64,000 nt of DNA from Malacoraja senta. Its lineage: Eukaryota. The DNA lies in the NCBI GenBank assembly GCA_038087875.1, contig CM075995.1, positions 4,652,001-4,716,000 on the forward strand, given 5' to 3'. Made by a program: the position numbers and the translations under genes. Every line of letters starts with the position of its first letter. The stretch's first letter is position 1. Under the pieces are notes generated by a model that made no database searches, was not told the DNA's origin, and was given only the letters and a program-made list of their open reading frames with translations. Of the stretch, positions 22,848 through 36,200 are shown in pieces.

Positions 22848-25340
22848 CTGCAAGGTAAAGCAAAAAAACGAAAAGCTAAAGACAATTCACGCTCAACTTT
22901 CATCTGTGGCGGATTACTAGATCACGTTCATGGCCAGATTCCCACCCACCAGGTTCACCCTCGTTCACTAGCACATCAATGCCAAGCACCAGATGGAAGA
23001 CTAGCAGCAAGAAGGCACACAACAGATGGCAGTTACCGTCCATTACTCAAATGTTCTGTTTAGTTCATTTTGTTTCGAGATACAGTGTGGAAGCAAGCCC
23101 TTCGGCCCACCGAGTCCTCGCCGACCAACGGTTACCCATACACTAGTTCTATCGTACACACTAGGGACAATTTACAGAAGCCAATTAGACTATAAACCTC
23201 CACATCTTTGGAGTGTGGGAGGAAACCAGAGCACCCGGAGGAAACCCACGTGGTCACAGGGAAAACGTGCAAACACAGCAACCGTAGTCAGGATCAAACC
23301 CGGGTCACTGGCGCTTTAAGGCAGCAACTCTACCACTGTGCCACTCAGTTGCAAAACACTTTCCACATTGGTACATGTGACAAGCTAAACTCAACATGCC
23401 AGCAGACATTGCAGGTCCACATACTTTTGGCCAGGCCGAACCTGCAATGCAGCCAGGACAACGTGCCTTCATGGTCAGATCAAGATCCCTGTACTTACAA
23501 CAACTGGGACTTGAAAATGGCACCAGACTGGCGACTCTGTATACTGTCTTAGTGTACTACTGCAAAACACCTGTACTGTATCTGAGATGCATGTCTAATA
23601 TGTATCTAAGTGCTCATGTATAAGTATACTTGTACTGAACTGTATACAAAAATGAATTTCACTGTACCTCGATACATGTGACAAAGTACCATTCGATACC
23701 AAGACATAGAAAATAGGTGCAAGGGTAGGCCATTCGGCTCTTCGAGCCAGCACCTCCATTCAATATGATCATGGCTGATCATCCAAAATCAGTACCGTGT
23801 TGCTGTGTTTTCCCTTTATCCCTCACATCGGCACTCACAGTGTTGGTCTGGTTACAGCTTGGAACCTCGCACATCAAAGCTAATGGGCCATATAACTCAA
23901 CCAAGCCTGCCCAAAGCTAGCCTTCACAGTCTCTTGCTAATACATCTTGAGTGCTTGACAAGGTATCATACACGCGAAAGATGGGCCCCAAACTGAAATG
24001 TCACCTGTCTATTCCCTCCACAGAGGTTTGCTGTCCCGGTGAATTGCTCCAGCACTTTGTATTTTACTCAAGGTTCCGGTATCTGCAGTCCCTTGTGTCT
24101 CTATCGTACATGCTAGTCAATATATGGTAAAAGTTTAGGCCATACCAATACCTTTATTTTTTTTAATATATGGGAATTTTCTCCATGGCAACAAATCAAT
24201 AACGTGTAATGTATTCTAAATGGATGAGTAGGCGGTACAGTGGCACAACAGTAGAGCAGTAGAGTTGCTGCCTCACGACGCCAGAGACCCGCCGTGATTT
24301 GGACCACGGGAGATGGCGCCCAAGCCAGGCGACCCCCTGCATGCTGGTCCCAGAAGTGGATCTGCAATCACGCATTACAATTGCTTCACTCTCTTAAACC
24401 TCTACTCCAACAGCAGATCTGAACACTGCAGATGGCTCGATTATAATCATGTATAATCTTTCCGCTGACTGGTTAGCACGTAACAAAATCTTCCCACTGT
24501 ACCTCGGTACACGTGACAATAAACTAAACTCAACTAAACTACTTTGTACGTTCTCCGTGTGACCGCATGGGTTTCCTCCGGGTGCTCCAGTTTCCTCTCA
24601 CATTCCAAAGATGTGCAGGTTTGCAGTCTAATTGGCTTCTGTAAAAATTTCTCCGAGTGTGTAGCATGTAGAACTAGTGTGCAGGTGATTGATGGTCAGC
24701 ATGGACAGTGGGCCAAGGGGCCTGTTTCCGTGCTGTAAATGAAAACTAAAATAAATTCCATGGCCTTAACACTTCTTTAATTCATTCATATAATGTGGAT
24801 ATTGCCAGCAAGGCCAGTGTTTGTCACCCATGAGAGATATTGATGAGTTATGTTCTGAACTCCTGCTGGCCACAGACTAAGAACACCATCACAGCATTGA
24901 TGAATAGAAATGTAAGCATTTACACACAATAACATTGAAGGTACGAGTGCTTAACTTTCAGTTTGTGTCATTTCAATATGGCAAGTGACCACAGGATTGG
25001 AAGGTGGCCAATGAAATAATGAAAATATTCTGGAAATGCTGGGTATATGGAACAAGCTACCAGAGGAGGTAGTTGAGGCAGGTACTATCACAATGTTTAA
25101 GAAGCATTTAAACAGGTATATGGATAGGATAGGTTTTTAGGTCAAACCCAGTCTGGTGGAACTAGTGTAGATGGGGCATGTTGGTCGGCGTGGGCAAGTT
25201 GGGCCTGTTTCCACGCTGTATGACTCTATCTCAATAATTTCTACTACTCCACTGACTTCTTCCCCAATATCAGCAACCAACAAGCAAATCTCTAAATTCA
25301 AGGTCATTCAATCCATAGTTCTGTAAAATGCCCCACTTAC

Positions 25341-25511
25341 CTCATGATCTCTCAGGTTGGTATCCCCTCCAAATATAACAGTGGCACAATCTGGAACCTC
25401 TTTCATTTTCTTCAGGACAGTCCCCAGTTGCCTAACCCGCTCCTTAGAATGATCCTTTGTGCTCTCCAGATGGGATGTCATTAAGTAGAGTTCATTCCCT
25501 GCGATGTTTAC
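25341..25511 (-). CDS. TDP2: TDP2 coding exon 6
   Basis: Acceptor gtaacag|, translates VNIAGNELYLMTSHLESTKDHSKERVRQL...VIFGGDTNLRDHE (TSHLES and GDTN motifs), donor |gtaagt; 171 nt. Confidence 0.97.
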
Positions 25512-26079
25512 CTGTTACACAGCGTCGGTGAGGACAGGACAAGGTCATTTATTTGATCCATCAATTCTTAGTTGCTCTTTGAAATTGGATGCTCAATGTT
25601 AAATAAGTAACATTTATAATTAATCTCCTACACATGATAGGCACCATTTAAAAATGTACAAGTACTTTCCAATATTCTGCAAAACATTCTACATTTTATG
25701 TACCATAATAAATCAACTTATTTTCCTCTTTAATGGCAACAAAAAGTTATTCATCTAAACCTTCCTCAGTTATGAGGCATGAGAACCAGTTGTGAGCATT
25801 CATAGTTTGCTCGATGGTCAAATTTAGTTTAGTTTTAGAGATACAGCGCAGAAACAGGGTCTTCAGCACACTGGGTCCGCGCCGACCAGCGACCCCCGTA
25901 CATTAACATTATTCTACACACACGAGGGACAATTTACAATTACACCAAGCCAATTAGCCTACAAACCTTTACGTCTTAGGAATGTGGGAGGAAACCAGAG
26001 ATCTCTTTGCGAGATAAATTCGAGGAGGCAAGGAGGCTACACTTATCCTGTTGTGCGTTCAATTTAAATATTTAAGCGT

Positions 26080-29000
26080 AATGGCAGGGAGGCTGGTGCA
26101 GTGCGAATGCTGCAGGATGTGGGAAGTCAGGGGCACTGCTGGTGTCACTGAGCATTACACCTGCGGGAACTGTGTCCAGGTGCAGCTCCACAATGATCGA
26201 GTTAGGGAACTGGAGCAGCAGCTGGATGACCTGCTGTGCATCCGGGAAGGTGAAAGCTTCCTGGACATGACCTACAGTCAGATCGTCACTCCAAGAGTGC
26301 AGGAAGTTCGACGGGTAGGGACGGAAAGAACGAGGATGAAGCGGGTGAAGGAAATATCGGTGGAAGTTCCTCTTGCAAACAGGTGCGCCCTCTTGAGAGC
26401 TGTCGGGCCAGACGACACTTCCAGTCCAGTTGGTGGCTCCAATCCTAGCGATGTGACTCGACCGATGAGACCGACATCGGGCAGAGCCATAGTGGTGGGT
26501 GACTCCATTGTCCGAGGTGCAGACAGGAGATTCTGTGATGGCAGGCGAGACTCGAGGATGGTGTGTTGCCTCCCTGGTGCCAACATCCAAGATGTCTCGG
26601 ACCGACTTCAGAACATCCTCGAGAGGGAAGGTGAACAGCTGGAAGTGGTCGTGCATGTAGGCACAAACGACGTCTGAAAGAAGAGGAAGGAGATTCTGCA
26701 ACGCGAGTTTAGAGAGTTAGGAAGAAGACTGAAAAGCAGGACTTCTAGGTTGGTTAACTCTAGATTGCTTGCAGTAGCTCGTGCTGGTGAGGGCAGGAAC
26801 AGGGAGATAGGGGATCTGAATGTGTGGCTGAGGGGCTGGTGCAGGGAGCAGGGATTTAGAATTATAGACCACTGGGACCTCTTCTGGGGTAGGGGTGACC
26901 AATACAAAAGGGATGGGTTGCACCTTAACTGAAGGAGACCGACTATCTGGCAGGCAGGTTTGCTAGTGCCTCAGTGATGGGTCTAAACTAAATAGTGGGG
27001 GAGAGGGGTTGACAAATTGGGAGTATAAGGATGGAGTTAAAGGGGAAGAGAGTACAAGAAAAGCTACGTAAGACACCCAAATTAGTGGGACGGAAAGTAC
27101 AAGAAGGAATGAGAGAGTAAGGTCAGGTGAATTGGAACCGGTGTGAGAGGGAAGGTGAATTCTGAATTCAAAGTATATATGAATGCGCAAAGTATACGAA
27201 ATAAAGTGGATAAGCTTGAGGCTGTTAGAAATTGGTAGGTATGATGTAGGAATTACAGAGACATGGCTGCAAGAGGATCAGAGCTGGGAACTGATCATTC
27301 AGGGGTATACGTCCTATCGAAAAGACAAACACAGGTGGGCAGAGGGGGTGGGGTGGCTCTGTTGGTGAGGAATGAAATTCAATCCCTTGCGAGGGGTGAC
27401 ATAGAATCAGAAGATGTAGAGTCATTGTGGATAGAACTGAGAAATTGTAAGGGTAAAAATACCCCAATGAGAGTTATCTACAGGCCCCCAAACAGTAGCC
27501 TGGAGAAAGGTTGCAATTTGCATCAGGAGTTAAAATTGGCATGTAACAAAGGTGGTTATGGGAGATTTCAACATGCAGGTAGACTGGGAAAATCAGGTTG
27601 GTACTGGACCCCAAGAAAGGGAGTTTGTAGAGTGCCACCGAGATGGATTCTTAGAGCAGCTTATACTGGAGCCTACCAGGGAGAAGGCAATTCTGGATTT
27701 AATGTGTAATGAAACAGATTTAATAAGGGAACTCAAGGTAAAGGAACCATTAGGAGGTAGTGACCATAATATGATAAATTTTAATCTGCAATTTGAGAGG
27801 GAGAAGGTATAATCGGAAGTGGCAGTATTGCAGTTGAACAAAGGGGACTATGGAGGCATGAGGGAGGAGCTGGCCAAAGTTGACTGGAAATGGACCCTAG
27901 CAGGGATGACGGTAGAATAGCAATGGCAGGTATTTCTGCGAATAATCCAGAAGATACAGGATCATTTCATTCCAAAGGGGAAGAAAGATTCTAAGGGGAG
28001 TAAGAGGCGACTGTGGCTGACAAGGGAAGTCAAGGACAGTAGAAAAATAAAAGAGAAGTATAACATAGCAAAGATGAGCTGGAAGCCAGAGGATTAGGAA
28101 ACTTTTAAAGAGTAACAGAAGATAATATGGGGGAGAAAAGATGAGGTATGAAGGTAAGCTAGGAACTGAATAGTCCTCTTGAGTAATTAAAGGAGGATAG
28201 TAAAAGCTTCTTTAGGTATGTGAAGAGGAAAAAATTAGTTAAGACAAATGTGGGTCCCTTGAAGACAGAAACAGGTGAATTTATGATGGTGAACAAGGAA
28301 CTGGCAGATGAGTTGAGCAAGTACTTTGGTTCTGTCTTCACAAAGGAAGTCACAAACAATCTCCCAGATGTACCAGGGGACAGAGGACCTAGTGTGACGG
28401 AGGAACTGAATGAAATGGTATTGGGTAGACTGATGGCACTGAAGACTGATAGATCCCCAGGGCCTCATGGTCTGCATCCCAGAGTACTCAAGGAGGTGGC
28501 TCTAGAAATCGTGGGTGCATAGGTGATAATTTTCCAATGTTCTATAGATTCTGGATCGGTTCCTGTGGATTGGAGGGTAGCTAATGTTATACAATTTTTT
28601 GAGGATGTAACAAGTAAAATGGACAAGGGAGAGCCAGTAAATGTAGTGTACCTGGACTTTCAGAAAGCTTTTGATAAGGTCCCACACAGGAGATTAGTGG
28701 GCAAAATTAGAGCACATGGTACTGGGGGCAGGTTATTGACATGGATAGAAAATTGGTTGGCAGACAGGAAACAAAGAGTAGGAATTAACGGGTCCCTTTC
28801 AGAATCGCAGGCAGTAACAAGTGGGGTACCACAAGGTTCGGTGCTGGGACCGCAACTATTTACAATATAGATTAATGATTTAGTTGAAGGAATTAAAAGT
28901 AACATTAACAAATATGCAGATGACACAAAGTTGGGTGGCAGTGTGAACTGTGAAAAGGATGCTCTGATGCAGAGTGACTTGGACAGGTTGGGTGAGTGGG

Positions 29001-29808
29001 CAGATGCATGGCAGATGCAGTATAATGTGGATAAATGTGAAGTTGTCCAATTTGGTGGCAAGAACAGGAAGGTAGATTATTATCTGAATGTTGTCAGGTT
29101 AGGAAAAGGGGAAGTACAATGAGACCTGGGTGGCCCTGTACATCAGTCACTGAAAGTAAGAATGCAGGTACAATAGGCAGTGAAGAAAGCGAATGGCATG
29201 TTGGCCTTCATAATGAGAGGAGTTGAGTATAGGAGCAAAGAGGTCCTTCTGCAGTTGTACAGGGCCCTGGAGACACTGCATCTGGAGTATTGTGTGCAAT
29301 TTGAGGAAGGACATTCTTGCTATTGATGGAGTGCAGCAGAGGTTCACAAGGTTATTTCCCGGGATGGCGGGACTGTCATACGATGAAAGAACGGAGCAGC
29401 TGGGCTTGTACACACTGGAATTTCGGATGAGAGGATATCTTATAGAAACATAAAATTATTAAGGGATCGGACACGCTAGATGCAGGAAACATGTTCCCGA
29501 TGTTGGGGGAAGTCCAGAACCAGGAGCCACAGTTTAAGAATAAGGGGTAAGCCATTTAGAACTGAGATAAAGAAAAACGTTATCACACAGAGGTGTGAAT
29601 TTGTGGAATTCTCTGCCTCAGAAGGCAGTGGAGGCCGATACACTGGATGCATTCAAAAGAGAGTTTGAGTTCTTAGGGCTAGTGGAATCAAGGGATATGG
29701 GGAGAAGGCAGGAACCGGGTACTGATTATGGATGATCAGCCATGATCACATTGAATGGTGGTGCTGGCTCGAGGGGACAAATGGCCTACTCCTGCACCTA
29801 TTGTCTAG
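26080..29808 (+). mobile_element. near full-length degraded CR1 LINE (ORF1 zinc-finger + SGNH esterase, ORF2 APE-EN/RT)
   Basis: ORF1 has CxxC..CxxC, IVVGDSIVR, CCLPGA, VHVGTND, DGLHLN. ORF2 has GITETWL, MGDFN, SDH, YADD with stops and an internal deletion near 28587. CTATTGT tail. Confidence 0.92.
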
Positions 29809-30337
29809 TTCAAGTTCACATTTATTGTCACATGCACCAATTAAGGTACAGTGATATTTGAGTTACCATACAGCCATACAAGTAAAAAGAACAATACACG
29901 ATAATACTTAACATAAACATCCACCAGTGGAATCAGCATTTTTCACTGTAATGGAAGGCAATAAAGTTCAGTCATCTTCCTCCTTGTTCACCCATGGTCG
30001 GGTCCATGAACCCTCCGCAGTCGCCGCTACAGATGTTCAGGCCTTCTCGTCGAGATGATCGAAACTCCGACGTCGGGTCAGATCGGAACACACGCTTAGA
30101 GTTCACGAATCGGCCGCTTCTTACCGGAGACCGCGGCTTCACGATATTAAAGTCCACAGGCCCCACGGTCGGAGCTCCAACACTGGCGATCCTCGGCAAA
30201 GGAACGCAGCTCCGCAATGTTAAAGTCCGCGCCGTGCCCGCGGCTAGAAGCTCCGTAGACCGCTGCTCCACGATGTTAAAGTCAACAGGCACCCACGGTC
30301 ACAGGTCCAACACTGGCGATCCTCGGCAAAGGATGCC
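29809..30337 (-). mobile_element. non-coding retroelement with LINE-type (Rex1-like) 3' end
   Basis: Minus 3' end ...catgtgacaataaa + (TTGAAC)n; GC-rich body with internal direct repeats. Confidence 0.5.
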
Positions 30338-33215
30338 ATAGAAACAGAAACATAGAAAATAGGTGCAAGAGTAGGCCATTCGAGCCTCCACCATTCAATA
30401 TGATCATGGTTGATCATCCAACTCAGTATCCTGTACCTGCCTTCTCTCCATACCCCCTCATCCCTTTAGCCACAAGGGCCACATCTAACTCCCTCTTAAA
30501 TATAGCCAATGAACTGGCCTCAACTACCTTCTGTGGCAGAAATTCCACAGATTCACCACTCTCTGTGTGAAAAATGGTTTTCTCATCTCGGTCCTAAAAG
30601 ACTTCCCCCTTATCCTTCAACTGTGACCCCTTGTTCTGGACTTCCCCAACATCGGGAACAATCTTCCTGCATCTAGCCTGTCCAACCCTTTAAGAATTTT
30701 GTAAGTTTCTATAAGATCCCCCCTCAATCTTCTAAATTCTAGCGAGTACAAGCCGAGTCTATCCAGTCTTTCTTCATATGAAAGTCCTGCCATCCCAGGA
30801 ATCAGTCTGGTGAACCTTCTCTGTACTCCCTCTATGGCAAGAATGTCTTTCCTCAGATTAGGAGACCAAAACTGTACACAATACTCCAGGTGTGGTCTCA
30901 CCAAGGCCCTGTACAACTGCAGTAGAACCTCCCTGCTCTTATACTCAAATCCTTTTGCTATGAATGCTAACATACCATTCGCTTTCTTCACTGCCTGCTG
31001 CACCTGCATGCCTATTTTCAATGTCTGGTGTACCATGACACCCAGGTCTCGTTGCATCTCCCCTTTTCCTAATCGGCCACCATTCAGATGATAGTCTACT
31101 TTCCTGTTCTTGCCACCAAAGTGGATAACCTCACATTTATCCACATTATACTGCATCTGCCATGCATTTGCCGACTCACCCAACCTATCCAAGTCACCTT
31201 GCAGCCTCCTAGCATCCTCCTCACAGCTAACACTGCCCCCCAGCTTCATGTCATCCGCAAACTTGGAGATGTTGCATTCAATTCCCTCGTCCAAATCATT
31301 AATATATATTGTAAATAGCTGGGGTCCCAGCACTGAGCCTTGCGGTACCCCACTAGTTACTGCCTGCCATTCTGAAAAGGACCCGTTTACTCCTACTCTT
31401 TGCTTCCTGTCTGCCAGCCAGTTCTCTGTCCACATCAATACTGAACTCACAATACCGTGTGCTTTAAGTTGGCATACTAATCTCTTATGTGGGACCTTTT
31501 TGAAAGCCTTCTGAAAGTCCAGATATAACACATCCACTGGTTCTCCCTTATCCACTCTACTAGTTACATCCTCGAAAAATTCTATAAGATTCGTCAGACA
31601 TGATTTACCTTTCATAAATCCATGCTGACTTTGTCCAATGATTTCACCACTTTCCAAATATGCTGCTATCCCATCTTTAATAACTGACTCTAGCATTTTC
31701 CCCACTACCGATGTTAGACTAACTGGTCTGTAATTCCCCGTTTTCTCTCTCCCTCCCTTTTTAAAAAGTGGGGTTACATTAGCTACCCTCCAATCCTCAG
31801 GAACTACTCCAGAATCTAAAGAGTTTTCAAAAATTATCACTAATGCATCTACTATTTCTGGGGCTACTTCCTTAAGTACTCTGGGATGCAGCCTATCTGG
31901 CCCTGGGGATTTATCGGCCTTTAATCCATTCAATTTACCTAACACCATTTCCCGACTAACCTGGATTTCACTTAGTTCCTCCATCTCATTTGACCCCCGG
32001 TCCCCTGCTATTTCCGGCAGATTATTTATGTCTTCCTTAGTGAAGACAGAACCAAAGTAGTTATTCAATTGGTCTACCATGTCCTTGTTCCCCATGATCA
32101 ATTCACCTGTTTCTGACTGCAAGGGATCTACATTTGTTTTAACTAATCTTTTTCTCTTCACATATCTATAAAAAAACGTTTGCAGTCAGTTTTTATGTTC
32201 CCTGCCAGTTTTCTTTCATAATCTATTTTCCCTTTCCTAATTAAGCCCTTTGTCCTCCTCTGCTGGACTGAATTTCTCGCAGTCCTCTGGTAGGCTGCTT
32301 TTTCTGGCTAATTTGTATACATCTTTTGTTTTGATACCATCCCTGATTTCCCTTGTTATCCACGGATGCACTACCTTCCCTGATTTATTCTTTTGCCAAA
32401 CTGGGATGAACAATTGTTGTAGTTCATCCATGCAGTCTTTAAATGCCTTCCATTGCATATCCACCGTCAACCCTTTAAGAATCAATTGCCAGTCTATCTT
32501 GGCCAATTCACGTCTCATACCCTCAAAGTTACCTTTCTTTAAGTTCAGAACCCTTGTTGCTGAATTAACAATGTCACTCTCCATTCTAATGAAGAACTCA
32601 ACCATATTATGGTCACTCTTGCCCAAGGGGCCACGCACAACAAGACTGCTGACTAACCCTTCCTCATTACTCAATACCCAGTCTAGTATAGCCTGCTCTC
32701 TCGTTGGTTCCTCTACATGTTGGTTTAGAAAACTATCCCGCATACATTCCAAGAAATCCTCTTCCACAGCACCCCTGCCAATTTGATTCACCCAATCTAT
32801 ATGTAGATTGAAGTCACCCATTATAACTGTTTTACCTTTGTTGCACGCATTTCTAACTTCCTGTTTGATGCCATCCCCAACTCCACTACTACTGTTAGAT
32901 GGCCTGTACACAACTCCCACTAGTGTTTTCTGCCCCTTAGTGTTTTGCAGCTCTACCCATATCGATTCCACATCCTCCAAGCTAATGTCCTTCCTTTCTA
33001 TTGCGTTAATCTCCTCTCGAACCAGCAACGCTACCCCACCTCCTTTTCCTTTCTGTCTATACCTCCTGAATATTGAATATCCCTGGATGTTCAGCTCCCA
33101 GCCTTGGTCACCCTGGAGCCATGTCTCCGTGATCCCAACTATATCATATTCATTAATAACTATCTGCACATTCAACTCATCCACCTTATTACGAATGCTC
33201 CTTGCATTGGAGTTC
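30337..33215 (-). mobile_element. CR1 LINE ORF2 (endonuclease 334 aa + RT 514 aa, broken between them)
   Basis: NARSIRNK, GITETWL, GDFN, SDH; NYRPVSLTS, FADD; (CTATGTTT)n tail. Confidence 0.95.
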
Positions 33216-33725
33216 GTGTAGCGATAATGTGGTAAGTACATTTCTTGGTGCTTTATGTTTTTAAATACCGTATTTCCCGGGGTGTGGGGATGGGGGGAGA
33301 GCTCCTTTCACAGCGTTTGGGGAGTCCGGCCCGGGGTAAAGTCGCCCGCTCTGCGATGGTAAGTCTGCGCCGCCCCTGCTGCTGGAAGCTCTGGGCCTGT
33401 CCCGGTCTGGAAAGGCCACACCAAACCAGTTGTTAGGCCGTGTGCGATGTGAGACGGAAAAAAGTTGTGTCTCCGTCGAGGTAAGTGACTGAAGTGATCT
33501 ATTTCCCCCCGCCCCCCCCCCCATCAGACATACAGAGAGACATTAAAACATACATTTAGACACACTAAAAATAACCACAAAAAAAAAAAAAACACGTGAG
33601 CTTTAGAGGGATATGGGCCAACCGCAGGCATGTGGGACTAGTGTAGATGGGACTGGCAAGTGGAGCAAAGGCACTATTCCCACACTGTATGGCACTAAGA
33701 CATCAAAGCCTCTCCCCCTCTCCCT

Positions 33726-33787
33726 AACCAGTTGTTAGGCCGCGAGGGTTGCAGAGACTCACAACCCTCGCGGCCTAACAAATGGTT
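33726..33787. repeat. 62-bp inverted repeat (probable miniature TIR element)
   Basis: aaccagttgttaggccgcgagggttg pairs with caaccctcgcggcctaacaaatggtt: 26-bp stem with one mismatch, 10-nt loop. Confidence 0.8.
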
Positions 33788-34180
33788 TGATGCATCCAGA
33801 ATCTTCATCTAAATGAGGCACGTTTGTTTGCTCCACTCTTTCTTTCTAAGTTGCATTAGCCATTCGGCCCATCAAGTCTACTCTGTCATTCAATCATGAT
33901 TGATCTATCTTTCCCTCTCAACCCCAATCCTCTGCCTTCTCCCCATAACCCCTGACACCTATTCACCTACTCCAATCACATTAAATAAATGCACATTATA
34001 CTCATGCAAGGAGTACAATTTTCACAACCTACACAAAAAGAACATTAAATATATATTTTTAAACAATGTTAACTGTAAAACATTTTGATATTAAGAGAGG
34101 CTAAAAAGTTGTTTAGGAAACAAATGCCTTTAGTGATCTGCCTATGTACAACTCAGACCATCCTTTCATGTTCCACTTAC

Positions 34181-34299
34181 CTGAACAACGAGGAGGTTTC
34201 TCATCATAGAGGTGGTTGGGAAATCTATTACTTCTTGTGTCAATAATTTCACTCGGGACTTTTGTAGCATAATAACAGTGAAGTAATCATCACTGTTTG
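34181..34299 (-). CDS. TDP2: TDP2 coding exon 5
   Basis: Acceptor ccctttag|, translates (A)NSDDYFTVIMLQKSRVKLLTQEVIDFPTTSMMRNLLVVQ, donor |gtaagt; 119 nt. Confidence 0.96.
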
Positions 34300-34649
34300 C
34301 TAAAGGGAAAAAAATGCACATTAGGTTTATTTAGTAGCACCTCTCTTCCACTTGCCTCCTCCGGCATAAAGCCAAATGCATTCCATTCACCTCATTACTT
34401 TTGCAATTTATAGTAGGTTTAAAGAGGTAATATACTCAAAGATGTGACACTGAAAAACTAACTGAAGTGCTGGAGTAACTCAGCGAGTAAGGCAGCATTC
34501 CTGGAGAACATGGATAGATGACGTTTCAGGTCCCGACCAGAAACGTCACCTATCCACATTATCCCAGACCCGTTGAGTTACTTTAGATTTGTTTATTATT
34601 GTCACGTGTACCGAAGTAGATTGAAAAGCTTTAGTTTGTGTACCATGCA

Positions 34650-35280
34650 ATAATACTTTATTAGCCAAGTATGTTTTGCAACATACAAGGAATTTCATTT
34701 GCCAAGTCAGTCATACAAATAAAAAGCAACAAGACACACAAAATACATTTTAACATAAACATCCACCACAGTGACTCCTCCACATTCCTCACTGTGATAG
34801 AAGGCGAAAAAAAGTTCAATCTCTTCCCTTCTTTGTTCTCCCGCGATCGGAGGCCTCGAGCCTTCCGTTGACGGGACAATCTTACTCCCATATCTGGCGG
34901 CAGGCCTCCGCGCCGGGGCGATCAGTTCCTGCATCAGGGGGGAATCTCCGCTCCCCACGCCGAGCGATCTGACCCCCTGGGGCTGTCGGGGCTGTCGAAC
35001 CTTCCCCGTCGTTGGAGCTTCCGACTCGGCCTCTCCTGAGACTGCAAGCTCTCGATTGTAAAGTCCGCAGGCCGCTGTTGGAGAATCGATCCCAGGCCGC
35101 AGAGCGACCGGAGATATGATCCGGAAAACAATCGCATCTCCGGCAAGGTAAGAGATTGAAAAAAAGTTTCCCCCGACTCCCCTCCCCCCACATCAAACAA
35201 ACAAGAGAACATTAACACAAACTTTAAAAACGCACTAAAAATAACAGATAAAAACAGACAGACTGTTGGCAAGGCTGCCA
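34650..35280 (-). mobile_element. non-coding retroelement with LINE-type 3' end
   Basis: Minus 3' end ...tgttgcaaaacatacttggctaataaa; part of its 5' region resembles 33450-33590. Confidence 0.5.
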
Positions 35281-35445
35281 ATCAAGTCTGGCTGCCTGCA
35301 GTGCACAGATAAAGGATACACAGAACAACATTTAGTCAGGGCTGCCAACTCTCACGCTTTGAGCGTGAGAGTCACGCATTTCAGCCAATTCTCACGCCCT
35401 CACGCTGATGACAGAATTCTCACGCTGTCTTCAGTCCCTGCACAG

Positions 35446-35469
35446 CAACGATCCTATAGCGGAGCTTTG
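35446..35469. mobile_element. 24-bp collapsed hAT-type element, 8-bp TSD CTGCACAG
   Basis: caacgatcctatagcggagctttg between ctgcacag repeats (35438-35445, 35470-35477); the empty paralogous site is at 36322-36329. Confidence 0.8.
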
Positions 35470-35744
35470 CTGCACAGTTTGTCTCTTTGCACCACATGAC
35501 TGTGATCTGTGCGGTCTGGGGAAGCGCGTCGGTTGACGGCTGTGAGTGACGTCGCGTCTCTTCTCTCTTGGTCGGATGTGCAGCCGCCTGGTGTCAGCAG
35601 CTCTGTGCGCCGGCTGCGAGCGCTGCGCTGCCGGCCGCCCGCCGCTGCAGCCTCGCTCCCTCCTGCCCTTCAACTCACACGGCAGCGGCAGCGCCGCCAA
35701 TCCACGCTACACCGTGCCCGCAAGACTCCCCATTGGGCGGCCGG

Positions 35745-36200
35745 GGAGAGAGAGGGAGGAGAGAGAGAGGGGAGAAAGAGAGAGAGAGGGAAAGAAAAAA
35801 AGGGAGGGATGGAGGCAAAGAGAGACGGGGAGGGAATGTAGAAAGGGGATGAACGAAGGGAAGGAGAAAGGGGAGAAAGAGGGAGGGTGATGAAAGAGAG
35901 GGAGGGGGAGGAAAGAGGGTGGAGGAGAGAGGGAGGGATGGGGGAGGAAAGAGGAGGGAGGAGAGGGGGAAGGAAAGGTGTGTGTGTGTGTCCTTGTATG
36001 CGTCTCCTTGTGTGTGTGTGTGTCTCCGTGTGTGTGTGCGTGTCTCTGTGTGTGTGTCTCCCTGTGTGTGTGTGTGTCTCCCTGTGTGTGTGTGTGTGTC
36101 TCCCCGTGTGTGTGTATGTGTTTCCCCGTGTATGTGTCTCCCCGTGTGTGTGTGTGTGCGTGTGCGTGTGTCTTCCGTTGTGTATATGTCTCCCTATGTG
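35745..36200. repeat. polypurine tract followed by interrupted (GT)n microsatellite
   Basis: Low-complexity GA-rich then GT-rich sequence. Confidence 0.9.
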
